Shown here: positions 1 through 9,120 of the stretch, piece after piece | How the letters are laid out: every line of letters begins with the position of its first letter | Position numbering within the stretch: position 1 is the stretch's first letter | Assembly: GCF_006345805.1 (NCBI RefSeq) | Contig: NW_021826752.1 | Span: 1-12,063 of the forward strand | DNA length: 12,063 nt | Source of the DNA: Octopus sinensis | Taxonomy: Eukaryota | Reading direction: 5' to 3' | Made by a program: the position numbers and the translations under genes | The notes under the pieces: model-generated | Databases searched by the model: none | What the model was told of the DNA's origin: nothing | What the model saw: only the letters and a program-made list of their open reading frames with translations

Positions 1-53
1 TGTCCTTGTTTGTCCCCCTCTGTGTTTAGCCCCTTGTGGGTAGTAAAGAAATA
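1..53 (+). mobile_element. 3' tail of tRNA-derived SINE type A (cut by window start)
   Basis: TGTCCTTGTTTGTCC...GTTTAGCCCCTTGTGGGTAGTAAAGAAATA matches the tails of the copies at 135-366, 2618-2842 and 8821-9052; runs into (TA)n. Confidence 0.85.
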
Positions 54-86
<33 letters not shown>

Positions 87-130
87 GATATATATATTAT
101 ATATATATTATAATATATATATATATATAC
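51..130. repeat. (TA)n microsatellite
   Basis: Slightly imperfect TA dinucleotide run. Confidence 0.95.
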
Positions 131-134
131 ATTT

Positions 135-366
135 GGGCGGCGAGCTGGCAGAAACGTTAGCACGCCGGGCGAAATGCTTAGCAGCGGTATTGTCTGCCGT
201 TACGTGTGAGTTCAAATTCCGTCGAGGTCGACTTTGCCTTTCATCCTTTCGAGGTCGATAAATTAAGTACCAGTTACGCACTGGGGCCGATGTAATCGAC
301 TTAATTCGTTTGTCTCTCCTTGTTTGTCCTCTCTATGTTTAGCCCCTTGTGGGTAGTAAAGAAATA
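135..366 (+). mobile_element. Full-length tRNA-derived SINE type A with Deu/Nin-like central domain
   Basis: Head GGCGGCGAGCTGGCAGAAACGTTAG (A-box-like), B box GTTCAAATTCC at 210-220, core GCCTTTCATCCTTTCGAGGTCGATAAATTAAGTACC resembling the Deu/Nin SINE domain, type A tail; (TA)n on both sides. Confidence 0.88.
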
Positions 367-377
367 TATATATATAA

Positions 378-412
<35 letters not shown>
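364..412. repeat. (TA)n microsatellite
   Basis: TA run following the SINE tail. Confidence 0.95.
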
Positions 413-415
<3 letters not shown>

Positions 416-493
416 GAAAATTTTTCGCTCGAAACTGTTGGTGCTACCACTTACAGTTGCTTTCGGAGTAAGAAAGGGAGAGAGTTTACTAAG

Positions 494-1224
494 AATGTTT
501 GACTTTTGCTTTGTACAAGTCGACTCCAAGTCTCACCCAGAGACCTCAAGAGAAAACAAGTTAGAAGTTCAAGTTGGCATTATCCCTAGGGTATCGTATA
601 TTTGGTTTCGCACAAAGTATTGTTCTAGAGAATTTTTAAGGAAACATAAGAAAATTGAGTTATTGTTTAGATTTGAGATTACATAGACAGAATTTTACGT
701 AGGATATGGGCAGTTCCCATGAGCACTATCTTTTGAATTTCTGCCATTTTGAGGTTTCCTGGTAAATGAGCTAGGTGACAGTCAGCCTCTTTTGCTATCA
801 TTCCTAGGGCACCTATGACAACAGACATTGTTTTAGTTTTGAGGTTCCACATTTTGCCAATTTCTATTTCAAGATCTTTATACTTGCTCCGTTTTTGGTA
901 GGTTTTGACAGATGCATTTATGTCGATTGGGACAGTCATATCAATGAGAAGGCGTGTTCTTTGTCTGAAGTCTTTTAATATGATGTCTGGTCTATTTGCA
1001 TCTATCTTTCTGTCAGTTTGAACGGTGAAGTTCCAGAGGAGTGAGATGTGATCATTTTCAAGCACTGGAGGTGGTTTGTGTTCCCACCAGTTTTTATCAT
1101 GGAGCAGGTCCAGGTTTTTGCACGTTACCCAGTGAATATACTGTGCAGCTCTATCATGCCTGTTGAGATACTCTGTAGGCACAAGAAGACTGCACATGGA
1201 GGCAAGATGATCAATGGTTTCATA
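494..1224 (-). mobile_element. 5'-truncated R4/Dong-like RLE non-LTR retrotransposon, fragment 1 (half zinc knuckle, RLE, 3' UTR)
   Basis: Frame is open from 1224 to the stop at 679: ETIDHLASMC (second half of the CCHC knuckle), RHD, LLWNFTVQTD, ANRPDII, LIDMTVP, KYKDLEIE, VIGALG, QKIVLMGTAHILRK. The 5' junction is in (TAA)n. The 3' UTR boundary near 494 is approximate. Confidence 0.9.
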
Positions 1225-1256
1225 TTATTATTATTATTATTATCATTATTATTATT
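1223..1256. repeat. (TTA)n tract, i.e. (TAA)n tail/target between two Dong-like fragments
   Basis: About 11 TTA units with one substitution. Confidence 0.95.
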
Positions 1257-1741
1257 CAGTAGTTTTATTTTTTAGCGTGCTTTCACTTCACTACCGAGCG
1301 CAGCTCTGTGTGCCTTGGGTATGTGCTGTGATTTGTTGTGATGCTCTGATGGTTTTATTGTATGGAAAGTGTTCTGCGTTAGGATGTGTGCAGTGCCTAG
1401 TAGTGTAATTTTCTGTATGTTATATGGTTTTGTAAGTCCTGGTGTTTTTGTTATGTATTTGTCGAATATCTTTTTATCATGCCTAATGCACCTACTATGA
1501 TAGGAATTGTTTCTGTTTCAGATTCCACATTCTAGTTACCTCTTTTCCAGGTCTTTGTATTTTGAGAGTTTCTCCATTTCTTTTAGAGACACATTGTCAT
1601 CAGCCGGTATTGATACATCAATTAGAAAGCATTTTTTTTCTTCATGATCTCTGGCAACTATATCTGGTCTGTTGGCCTTAATTTCTCTATCTATGTGTAT
1701 CGGCATATCCCAGAGTATGGTTGGTTTCTCGTTTTTTGTCA
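1257..1741 (-). mobile_element. 5'-truncated, frameshifted R4/Dong-like retrotransposon, fragment 2 (RLE, 3' UTR)
   Basis: ILWDMPIHIDREIKANRPDIV...LIDVSIPADDNVSLKEMEKLSKYKDLE, then across frameshifts TRMWNL, ETIPIIVGALGMI, QKITLLGTAHIL, RRTLSIQ with stop at 1355-1357; ~100-nt 3' UTR running into (TAA)n; (TAA)n on both sides. Confidence 0.9.
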
Positions 1742-1764
1742 TTATTATTATTATTATTATTATC

Positions 1765-1818
<54 letters not shown>

Positions 1819-1843
1819 TAGGTCATTTTCTTATGAGTGACAG

Positions 1844-1908
<65 letters not shown>

Positions 1909-1938
1909 TATATTAGGTCATTTTCTTATGAGTGACAG
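1741..1938. repeat. Two (TTA)n tracts, each followed by the same 28-bp unique sequence (tandem duplication)
   Basis: TATTAGGTCATTTTCTTATGAGTGACAG is identical at 1816-1843 and 1911-1938. Confidence 0.9.
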
Positions 1939-1982
1939 AATATATGAAATAATAGTTCCCTCTAATACATTTCTTAAGTGTC

Positions 1983-2040
1983 CTACTTGTTGTAGATAGC
2001 ACTATTTCGCCCTGCTTATGAGTTCATCAGTACAACATAG
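1983..2040 (-). ncRNA. Minimal type I hammerhead ribozyme motif (Penelope-associated type), possibly impaired
   Basis: Minus strand reads UGUUGUA-CUGAUGA-ACUC AUAAGCA GGGC-GAA-AUAG UG CUAU-C/UACAACA: intact core boxes, 7-bp stem I, short stem II (A.C at 10.1-11.1), self-complementary stem III, AUC cleavage triplet. Confidence 0.75.
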
Positions 2041-2448
2041 CTTGGGATCATGAAATTAGTTGGTCTATGTTCATTTAAAACCGTTAAAAATTATATACGA
2101 TAGTTTTTTTCTTCTTTTTTTCTTACTCTCTTAATAGTGGAGAAAAGGAATGAAAAATATATGTAGAGTGGGAGAGAGAGAAAGAGAGTGAGAGGAGCTC
2201 TATGACAAGATTTCAATTCAGAATTTATAGAGTCCCATTTAGTTCCGATGTTCTATCGTTTCTGCTGCCTTAATCATTAGAGAATTTTATACATTGGTAC
2301 TACGTCACATACATTTGTAGGGTAACGCTATAGCAGATATCATAAACTAGTACATAGCTGGTACTTAGGAAAAAGATCCATGGCGACCCGTAGGAAAAGC
2401 AGCTAAGTAACGAACATGCTAGCTCGCCGCCTTACTGGTGAAAATAAG

Positions 2449-2617
2449 ATACTGATTTCAAATTTTGGCACAATGCCAGCAATAGTAGGGAGGATGTAGA
2501 TTGATAAGATCGACCCTAGTGCTTAACTGGTATTTATTTTATGGTTCCCGAAAGGATGAAAAACAAAGTCGGCCCCGGTGACATTTGTACTCAGAACGTA
2601 AAGACGGACAAAATACC
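2449..2617 (-). mobile_element. SINE type B (same head and core as A, different tail), 3' portion joined to a type A copy
   Basis: TTCAAATTTTGGCACAATGCCAGCAAT tail plus diverged core and B box; matches 6932-7140, 10160-10366 and 11061-11270. Confidence 0.8.
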
Positions 2618-2842
2618 TATTTCTTTACTGCCCACAAGGGGCTAAACACAGAAGGGACAAACAAGGAGAGACATAGGTATTAAGTCGATTATATCGGCCC
2701 CAGTACGTAACTGGTACTTAATTTATCGACCCCGAAAAAACGAAAGGCAAAGTCGACCTCGGCGGAATTTGAACTCAGAACGTAGCGGCAGACGAAATAC
2801 CGCTAAGCATTTCGCCCGGCGCGCTAACGCCAAATCGCCACC
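2618..2842 (-). mobile_element. SINE type A
   Basis: Reverse complement of 135-366 and close to 8821-9052; small deletion in the head. Confidence 0.88.
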
Positions 2843-2931
2843 TTAGGAGAAAATAAAATATTGAAAGGCAGATAATCAGGACTTTGCCATTATTTTCTAC
2901 CACCGCCGTAAGGGATATCGTATTTAATCTG

Positions 2932-3290
2932 GGAAGCACTCCGTCGGTTACGACGACGAGGGTTCCGGTTGATCCGATCAACGGAACAGCCTGCTCGTGA
3001 AATTAACGTGTAAGTGGCTGAGCACTCCACAGACACGTGTACCCTTAACGCAGTTCTCGGGGATATTCAGCGTGACACAGAGTGTGACAAGGCCGGCCCT
3101 TTGAAATACAGGTACAACAGAAACAGGAAGTAAGAGTGAGAGAAAGTTGTGGTGAAAGGGTACAGCAGGGATCACCACCATCCCCTGCCGGAGCCTCGTG
3201 GAGCTTTTAGGTGTTTTCGCTCAATAAACACTCACAACGCCCGGTCTGAGAATCGAAACCGCGATCCTACGCTGGGCTATTGCGCCTCCA
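2932..3290 (-). mobile_element. tRNA-derived SINE type C with target-site duplication
   Basis: Highly similar to 9581-9963; TSD ATCGTATTTAAT at 2917-2928 and 3293-3304; net 24 bp missing from the tRNA head. Confidence 0.9.
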
Positions 3291-3740
3291 CCATCGTATT
3301 TAATATGTTTAATCCAAATAATAAACAGCGTATTAGAATAACGTCAGTGAAGTAGGAACTTACCACAAGCTCGTTATCTTAGAGAAATATAACACTGATT
3401 CATTTCCGGGTCACAATGAGCCATTCCTTTAAATGTAGTTTCTTTAGTGAGGAAAGAACAGAAGCAAAATATATTCTTTGGATTGGATGCCAAAAAATAT
3501 TAGAAAATCTTGTTTATCTATCTGAGAAACAAGGACAATAGCGATGGTAGACGCCGTAATTCGTAGCATTTTTTTTTTAATTTGTGCCTTCTAATTTGTG
3601 GTCATCCATAACATATAAATAAGACAATTATCTAGGAGTGATCAAGAACCCTTTGATCATTCTAAAAAAAAAAGGCAGTTTTCTTCAAGCCATCTATTAC
3701 GAATATATTTGCGTTACAATTATCTAGAGAGTCATTGATA

Positions 3741-3764
3741 ACACACACACACATATACACACGC

Positions 3765-3808
<44 letters not shown>

Positions 3809-3907
3809 CCATCCACATGATAACACACATACGCATGGCATGGTATAATGGTATATACATATATGCACCCACCCACACCAGGCATCACACACACACACAC
3901 ACACACA
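3741..3907. repeat. Compound (CA)n/(TA)n microsatellite
   Basis: Alternating CA and TA runs. Confidence 0.9.
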
Positions 3908-4067
3908 TTTTAACGACAATTATATAAGGCTTATCCATAACGAATATATGTATATTAGAATTACCCAGAAACTATCAATAGCTCATATTATCTCTGGAAA
4001 ACAATTATCTATAGATCTATAGTAAATATATTTATGTAACAATTACATAGTGAATTAGTTAAAACCT

Positions 4068-4210
4068 ACATATATATACACACACGCATACACACACACA
4101 CAAACATACATATATATATATATATATGTATATGTATATATATATGTATATATATATGATATTATGTATATATATATATGTATATATACATAAATGTATA
4201 TATATATGTA

Positions 4211-4282
<72 letters not shown>
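4068..4282. repeat. Compound (CA)n/(TA)n/(TATG) microsatellite
   Basis: Direct inspection. Confidence 0.92.
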
Positions 4283-5365
4283 GAACGGCCAAGCTTTATC
4301 AATAACAATATATCTACATATAACAATTATTTAGGGAATTATTGAAAACACACATATATATCTAAACGATAATTATATCAGGTTTGTCAATAACAAATAT
4401 ATCTATGTTAAAATTACCCTGGTATTCATCCATAACTTTATATCTAGAGGCCAATTATGTTCGTGCACTCATGGTAAATATATCTTGGTTTATACTTTTC
4501 TAAAATTAATCAATAACCAATTTACGTTGAGGGCACAATTGTCTACAGAGCTATTCACAATTCATATGTCTTACAAACAATCACATTTATTCCTTTTGTC
4601 TGAGAACACGGATTCAGATTTTTTCAGAAATTTGATTAGTGTATAATTTAATTTTGAATTCATTCAGCAAATATTTTGATTTGAAACTAACCTGTTACTT
4701 TCTCAAGCGGTACACATTTTTTTTAACTACTTGACTTTAGTTTTCAAGTGATTTTTTTTTAAATGTAATAATAGAAAATATTAGTTGAAAACTAAAAGCT
4801 AAGCATTTAAAAAGAAAAATATAATATGTCCAAAGAGAAAGTTACTAATTGGCGTAGAGAAAAATAAAAACAAACATAAAAGCTTTCGAAAGAGAAAGTT
4901 AAGTTAGATATAGGAAATCAACAACTTATGAGTTTGTTTCTAGGCTTTCTTAATTATGAGACTTTCCAAATATAACAACTATGATCATTTTGTGTGTTGT
5001 TTTGTAAAAAACCGTAAGTGTCGTAACGAAATGATAGTAAGTTTCTTTCAACTTGGAATCGCTCTCGAGAATCAAGCACGGCCTTACAAAAAACGTCGGT
5101 CTTTGATATAAAAAAAAAAACACATGTTTTAGACGGGATACAATACTCTTCAGGACAAACATGCTCAAGGATATTATCCACTGAAGAGAAACACAGGAGC
5201 ACTCTTCAGTAAAGATAAACTATATGAAGCTCTAAACTATAATTACATGTCGAGGATGGCAATTGATGGAAGCATTAGACACTCCATATTAAATATCATA
5301 CATACATTCCGCCTTTCATTCGCTCCCGCTTTTTAATGCATAAAATAATTCCCATTCTCTTACCC

Positions 5366-5419
5366 TTTTACATTCTCTTTCTCACTCACTCTCTCCCTCT
5401 TCCTCTCTATCCCTCTTTC

Positions 5420-5452
<33 letters not shown>

Positions 5453-5456
5453 CCCT
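5366..5456. repeat. (CT)n / polypyrimidine tract
   Basis: CT run with a perfect core around 5421-5445. Confidence 0.88.
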
Positions 5457-5509
5457 CAAACAAAGATTTAAACACACCTACACTTATACACGCATAAAAT
5501 CTCCTGCGC

Positions 5510-5800
5510 AGACTCATATACATATTTACGCATGTATATGAGTCATGCAATTATAAATATGAATAAATTAACTTTGCGAATATATATATGCACATATATA
5601 TGTATGTGTGTTTGTACTTGCGTAAGTCTATTATATATATATATGTGTATGTACGTATATATGTATGTACGTATCTATACATACATATACATATATACAT
5701 GTATACATCTATCTATATACACATACGTACACATGCATGCATCTATACATACAGGCATACTTAACGACCTGCCTACATATCTATGTATCAAAATATCTAT
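5510..5800. repeat. Degenerate alternating purine-pyrimidine low-complexity region (TA/TG/CA)
   Basis: TATG/TACA/TA mosaics. Confidence 0.8.
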
Positions 5801-6105
5801 AAAGACACCACATGTCCCTCCACATCCACCCTGCACGAAATCAACACAAATCGGTTTGATAAAAATGGTTAATGATTCAATTTCTAAATGAGAATATCTG
5901 GTATGCTGCATCTCAACTACACCCACTACATAACTTCTACACCCACTCACCACCCGACATACCACTTTCTACATCTAATATCACTTAGAGTAAAATGGGC
6001 ATGTTCTTCAATAGACATGGAAGCTCGCTTTCTAAGTGATAACATAGGAACCAATTCACTCATCCATTCTTAAATGTCATTAGAGATTTTAAAATGTAAT
6101 TATGA

Positions 6106-6136
<31 letters not shown>

Positions 6137-6137
6137 A

Positions 6138-6182
<45 letters not shown>

Positions 6183-6257
6183 TATTATATATATAATATG
6201 ATATTACATTATATTATATACTACATATATTTATAATATACATATATACATATACAA

Positions 6258-6288
<31 letters not shown>

Positions 6289-6296
6289 TGTATGTA
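6106..6296. repeat. (TA)n and (TATG)n microsatellites
   Basis: Direct inspection. Confidence 0.92.
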
Positions 6297-6462
6297 GAAC
6301 ATTTTGATGATTTATAGGAAACGATATCTAACCATGTTCTTCACATACACACACATATATGAATATATAGGCATAAATATGTGGATATAGATCTATATAC
6401 ATACATACGTGTGTATGTAAGTATATATATATATACGCATAAGAACTCATACACAAATATGC

Positions 6463-6525
<63 letters not shown>

Positions 6526-6564
6526 TATTGACTGACTGACAGACAGACAGACAGACAGACAGAC

Positions 6565-6658
<94 letters not shown>
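6463..6658. repeat. Compound (GATA)n-(GACT/GACA)n-(GATA)n tetranucleotide microsatellite
   Basis: Direct inspection. Confidence 0.97.
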
Positions 6659-6931
6659 GAGAGAAAAAGAGAATCCCCTTTCCTATTCATCATTCATTCA
6701 TTTATTTAGTCCTTTACCATTGTATTGGAATGGTTTAAGGATGGTGACCTCTTCAAAAAAAAAGAAAAGGTGTAGTGTGGTCATCACTGAAAGTTTTTTT
6801 GCTTTCTTTCTCTCTTCTCCACTTTTTCTTCCCTTCTTTCTCTTCCCTTTTCACACACACATTGCCTAAATGAACAAATAAAGTAAGAGACGCAATAACA
6901 GGCCATAGCCATTACACATGTACACATTTTT

Positions 6932-7140
6932 GTTTCAAATTTTGGCACGAGGCCAGCAATTTCTAGGGGTGAGGTAGGTTGATAACATCGACCCCAGTAT
7001 TCAACTGTACTTATTTTATCGAACCCGAAAAATGAAAGGTATAGTCTGCCTAGGGTGAACTGAAACTCAGAACGTGGAAACGGGCAAAATGCTGCGAAGC
7101 ATTTCACTCGGCGTGATAACGATTCTGCCGGCTCGCGGCC
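6932..7140 (-). mobile_element. SINE type B, diverged full-length copy
   Basis: Type B tail, core ACTGTACTTATTTTATCGAACCCGAAAAATGAAAGG, head ending GATTCTGCCGGCTCGCGGCC. Confidence 0.85.
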
Positions 7141-7329
7141 TTATACATAGTGACATAGTGAGACGAATATCTATAAATCCTACAGCACAAAAAAAAACAA
7201 GACTAATTCCTGATACAAAACACCTCATTGTATCCCACTTAACATACTTAGGAAAACAATAACCTACCAAAGCCACAATATATACGGTTGATCACACAAT
7301 TACTCCTGCTGCATAGAGAAACGGTTGTA

Positions 7330-7748
7330 TGGTACCCATATGAACCAATCCTACTTTTAGAAAAAACCAAAACGCAAATCTATGGGACTTTAGCTTATAC
7401 AGGAACCATCAAATAGTACACAATAAAACCGACATCATTTCCATGATAAAACTGACAATAGTGTATTAATGATCGATATTATTAAATGGGTATGATGCAT
7501 ATAGTAATATTAAATGATTATAATATTGTGCAGAAACCAGCTGAAAAGCTAAAGAATTACACTGTCTTCGCTATTGAATAAAAATCATTATGACGTTTAA
7601 TGAATAAGTTTTATCGTCTTATTTGTAATTGGTACAAACTGGAATGATGTACAACCATTTTTGTAAAGACTGTTCAAGAAGGGTAGATAGAGGCAGGTTC
7701 TAGAAAATGACAATAGCAAGATCTGTAGACATTGTTAGGGTATTGTAA
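7330..7748 (+). mobile_element. Old decayed R4/Dong-like RLE fragment 3
   Basis: Across frameshifts: WYPYEPILLLEK, WDFSL (7383), HNKTDII, LMIDI, NDYNIVQKPAEKLKNYTVFAIE*, VIGT, *KMTIARSVDIVRVL*; collinear with fragments 1 and 2. Confidence 0.75.
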
Positions 7749-7910
7749 TATAGATTTTTGTTAATCTTAACTACTTAAATCCGAGTGTCACAAGATGAAA
7801 TTAATTCCATTTGATGTAATAAAGGAAACTCTTGATGTAATTCTCAAATGATATTTTATATGAAAGAGATTTGCTTTCCATGCACAGGAAAAAAACTGTA
7901 AACGTTTTTG

Positions 7911-8285
7911 TGGAGACAGAAATGCAAGTCTTCGAAAACGATGACGTGAGGCTTTGTGGGACTTTTCTATACAAACCGTAAGAAGAATAGATCAGAAGAA
8001 CAGACCGAATATTTTAGCACTCAACAAGAAGGAACTTTAAATTGTAATTGGCGTGGCATACCTATTTGATAACAGAGTAGAGTATTATACCGACTTAAGA
8101 TATGATATCCACAAATACTGAAACAGAGAAGTTAACAAGGTCATGATAGCTTTGATTACTATGGGAGGCTTGATAATAGTGACAAAAATAACCAGAAAAT
8201 TAATCTAGAAAAAATTGAGCTAAGCCTCGGGACAGGTGCAGTACAGAAAATACGTCTGCTAGGTTCAACAAAAATTAATCCTTAA
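7911..8285 (+). mobile_element. Old decayed R4/Dong-like RLE fragment 4
   Basis: VFENDDVRL, WDFSIQTVRRID (7957), NRPNIL (7999), IGVAYLFDNRV, YTDLRYDI, VQKIRLLGSTKI (8241-8276). Confidence 0.78.
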
Positions 8286-8334
8286 TACAATGTAAAAACA
8301 GATATGTAGGGCAGATAGGTTAAGTGGTACAGGA

Positions 8335-8403
8335 GGTGGGGTGATGGAACGGTTAAAGGGTTGGGAGATATGCTTTGCGGCATCGCTTCCGGTTCTTTGC
8401 GTT
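8335..8403 (+). mobile_element. Possible highly diverged SINE head (A/B-related), truncated before the B box
   Basis: GGAACGGTTAAAGGGTTGGGAGATATGCTTTGCGGCATCGCTTCCGGTTCTTTGCGTT loosely parallels GAAACGTTAGCACGCCGGGCGAAATGCTTAGCGGTATTTCGTC...TACGTT. Confidence 0.4.
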
Positions 8404-8647
8404 GTGACAGAAACGCCTGCGATGACACTACATCGGCCCAAATCAAAGACGTTGTCCTTGTTTAGACATCGGCGATGTGCAGAAGGGAGACTGCAAGCAT
8501 TGGAAACTGCGAGTCATTTCTAAAACAGCTTGACCATACGTTTACACGTGCATGCGCACGCATGTTTGTGTTTGTGTGTGTGTGTGCAGATGTATGATCA
8601 AAATTTATCGATGAGGGCCCTCTAATTTCTAGATGAAGTACAATATG

Positions 8648-9120
8648 AGTAGTATTTATCTCCGCTTTAACGGGGATGTTCTGTTAGAACAAACTATACT
8701 GCGGTAGTTACTTTGAGAGAAACTTTTATATTGGCTTTTGGTGCTAGCGATATAAACAAGAGAGCATTTTGCACAAAAGGCCAATATGAGGGTTGCTCTC
8801 GTAGTGACCACCACAATATATATTTCTTTACTACCCACAAGGAGCTAAACACAGAGGGGACAAACAAGGACAGACATAGGTATTAAGTCGGTTACATCGA
8901 CCCCAGTGCGTAACTGGTACTTTATTTATCGACCCCGAAAGGATGAAAGGCAAAGTCGACCTCGGCGGAATTTGAACTCAGAACGTAGCGGCAGACGAAA
9001 TACCGCTAAGCATCTCGCCCGGCGTGCTAACGTTTCTGCCAGCTCGCCGCCCTATATAGACCACCACAATATAGTTTGTTCTAATGGAACACCAACGGTT
9101 ATGTGGGGATAAATATTACT
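8648..9120. mobile_element. Foldback/MITE-like element with ~95-bp inverted arms, right arm split by a SINE
   Basis: Left arm 8648-8744 is the imperfect reverse complement of 8771-8820 plus 9074-9120 (e.g. TTAGAACAAACTATA / TATAGTTTGTTCTAA); 26-bp spacer. Confidence 0.75.
8821..9052 (-). mobile_element. Young full-length SINE type A with 15-bp TSD
   Basis: TSD GACCACCACAATATA at 8806-8820 and 9059-9073; intact head, B box, core and tail; extra TATATA at its 5' end. Confidence 0.92.

Larger units (their letters stand above)
3603..4560. repeat. Decayed ~41-42 bp minisatellite interrupted by microsatellites
   Basis: (C)AATTA anchors at 3917, 3958, 4002, 4040 and 4324, 4370, 4411, 4452, 4536, also 3625 and 3717, with recurring TC(A/C)ATAAC..ATATAT between them. 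Confidence 0.6.

Noticed and set aside
679-1197. 172-aa ORF as a host or domesticated nuclease gene
   Set aside because: The Met is internal to the zinc knuckle, homology continues to the TAA junction, and it is simply a young 5'-truncated retrotransposon end.
1214-1916. Poly-Tyr and poly-Ile ORFs
   Set aside because: Translations of (TTA)n tracts.
2349-2434. Additional SINE copy
   Set aside because: Only GCTAGCTCGCCGCCTTA and scattered words match; too fragmentary to delimit.
2775-3355. ORFs at 2775-2981, 2978-3181, 3149-3355 (and 8906-9112, 9628-9879)
   Set aside because: Chance open frames within GC-richer SINE bodies.
3358-3470. Minus-strand 78-bp exon (3441-3364) with pyrimidine tract/AAG acceptor and GTAAGT donor
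   Set aside because: All three frames contain stops; a non-coding exon cannot be excluded but has no support.
3900-4560. CRISPR array or C2H2 zinc-finger array
   Set aside because: The repeats are degenerate with no unique spacers or cas genes, the context is eukaryotic, and no CxxC/HxxxH/TGEKP pattern was seen.
4920-5010. Penelope GIY-YIG C-terminus-like peptide LLYLESLIIKK on the minus strand
   Set aside because: One short motif with stops on both sides and no collinear support.
5110-5210. Second hammerhead (CUGAAGA) and 9-bp hairpin ACTGAAGAG/CTCTTCAGT at 5180-5210
   Set aside because: No GAAA box, stem II or stem I pairing in the right geometry; a 9-bp stem is unremarkable in AT-rich DNA.
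3662-6693. ORFs rich in YI, CV and YLSI repeats
   Set aside because: Translations of TA, CA and GATA microsatellites.
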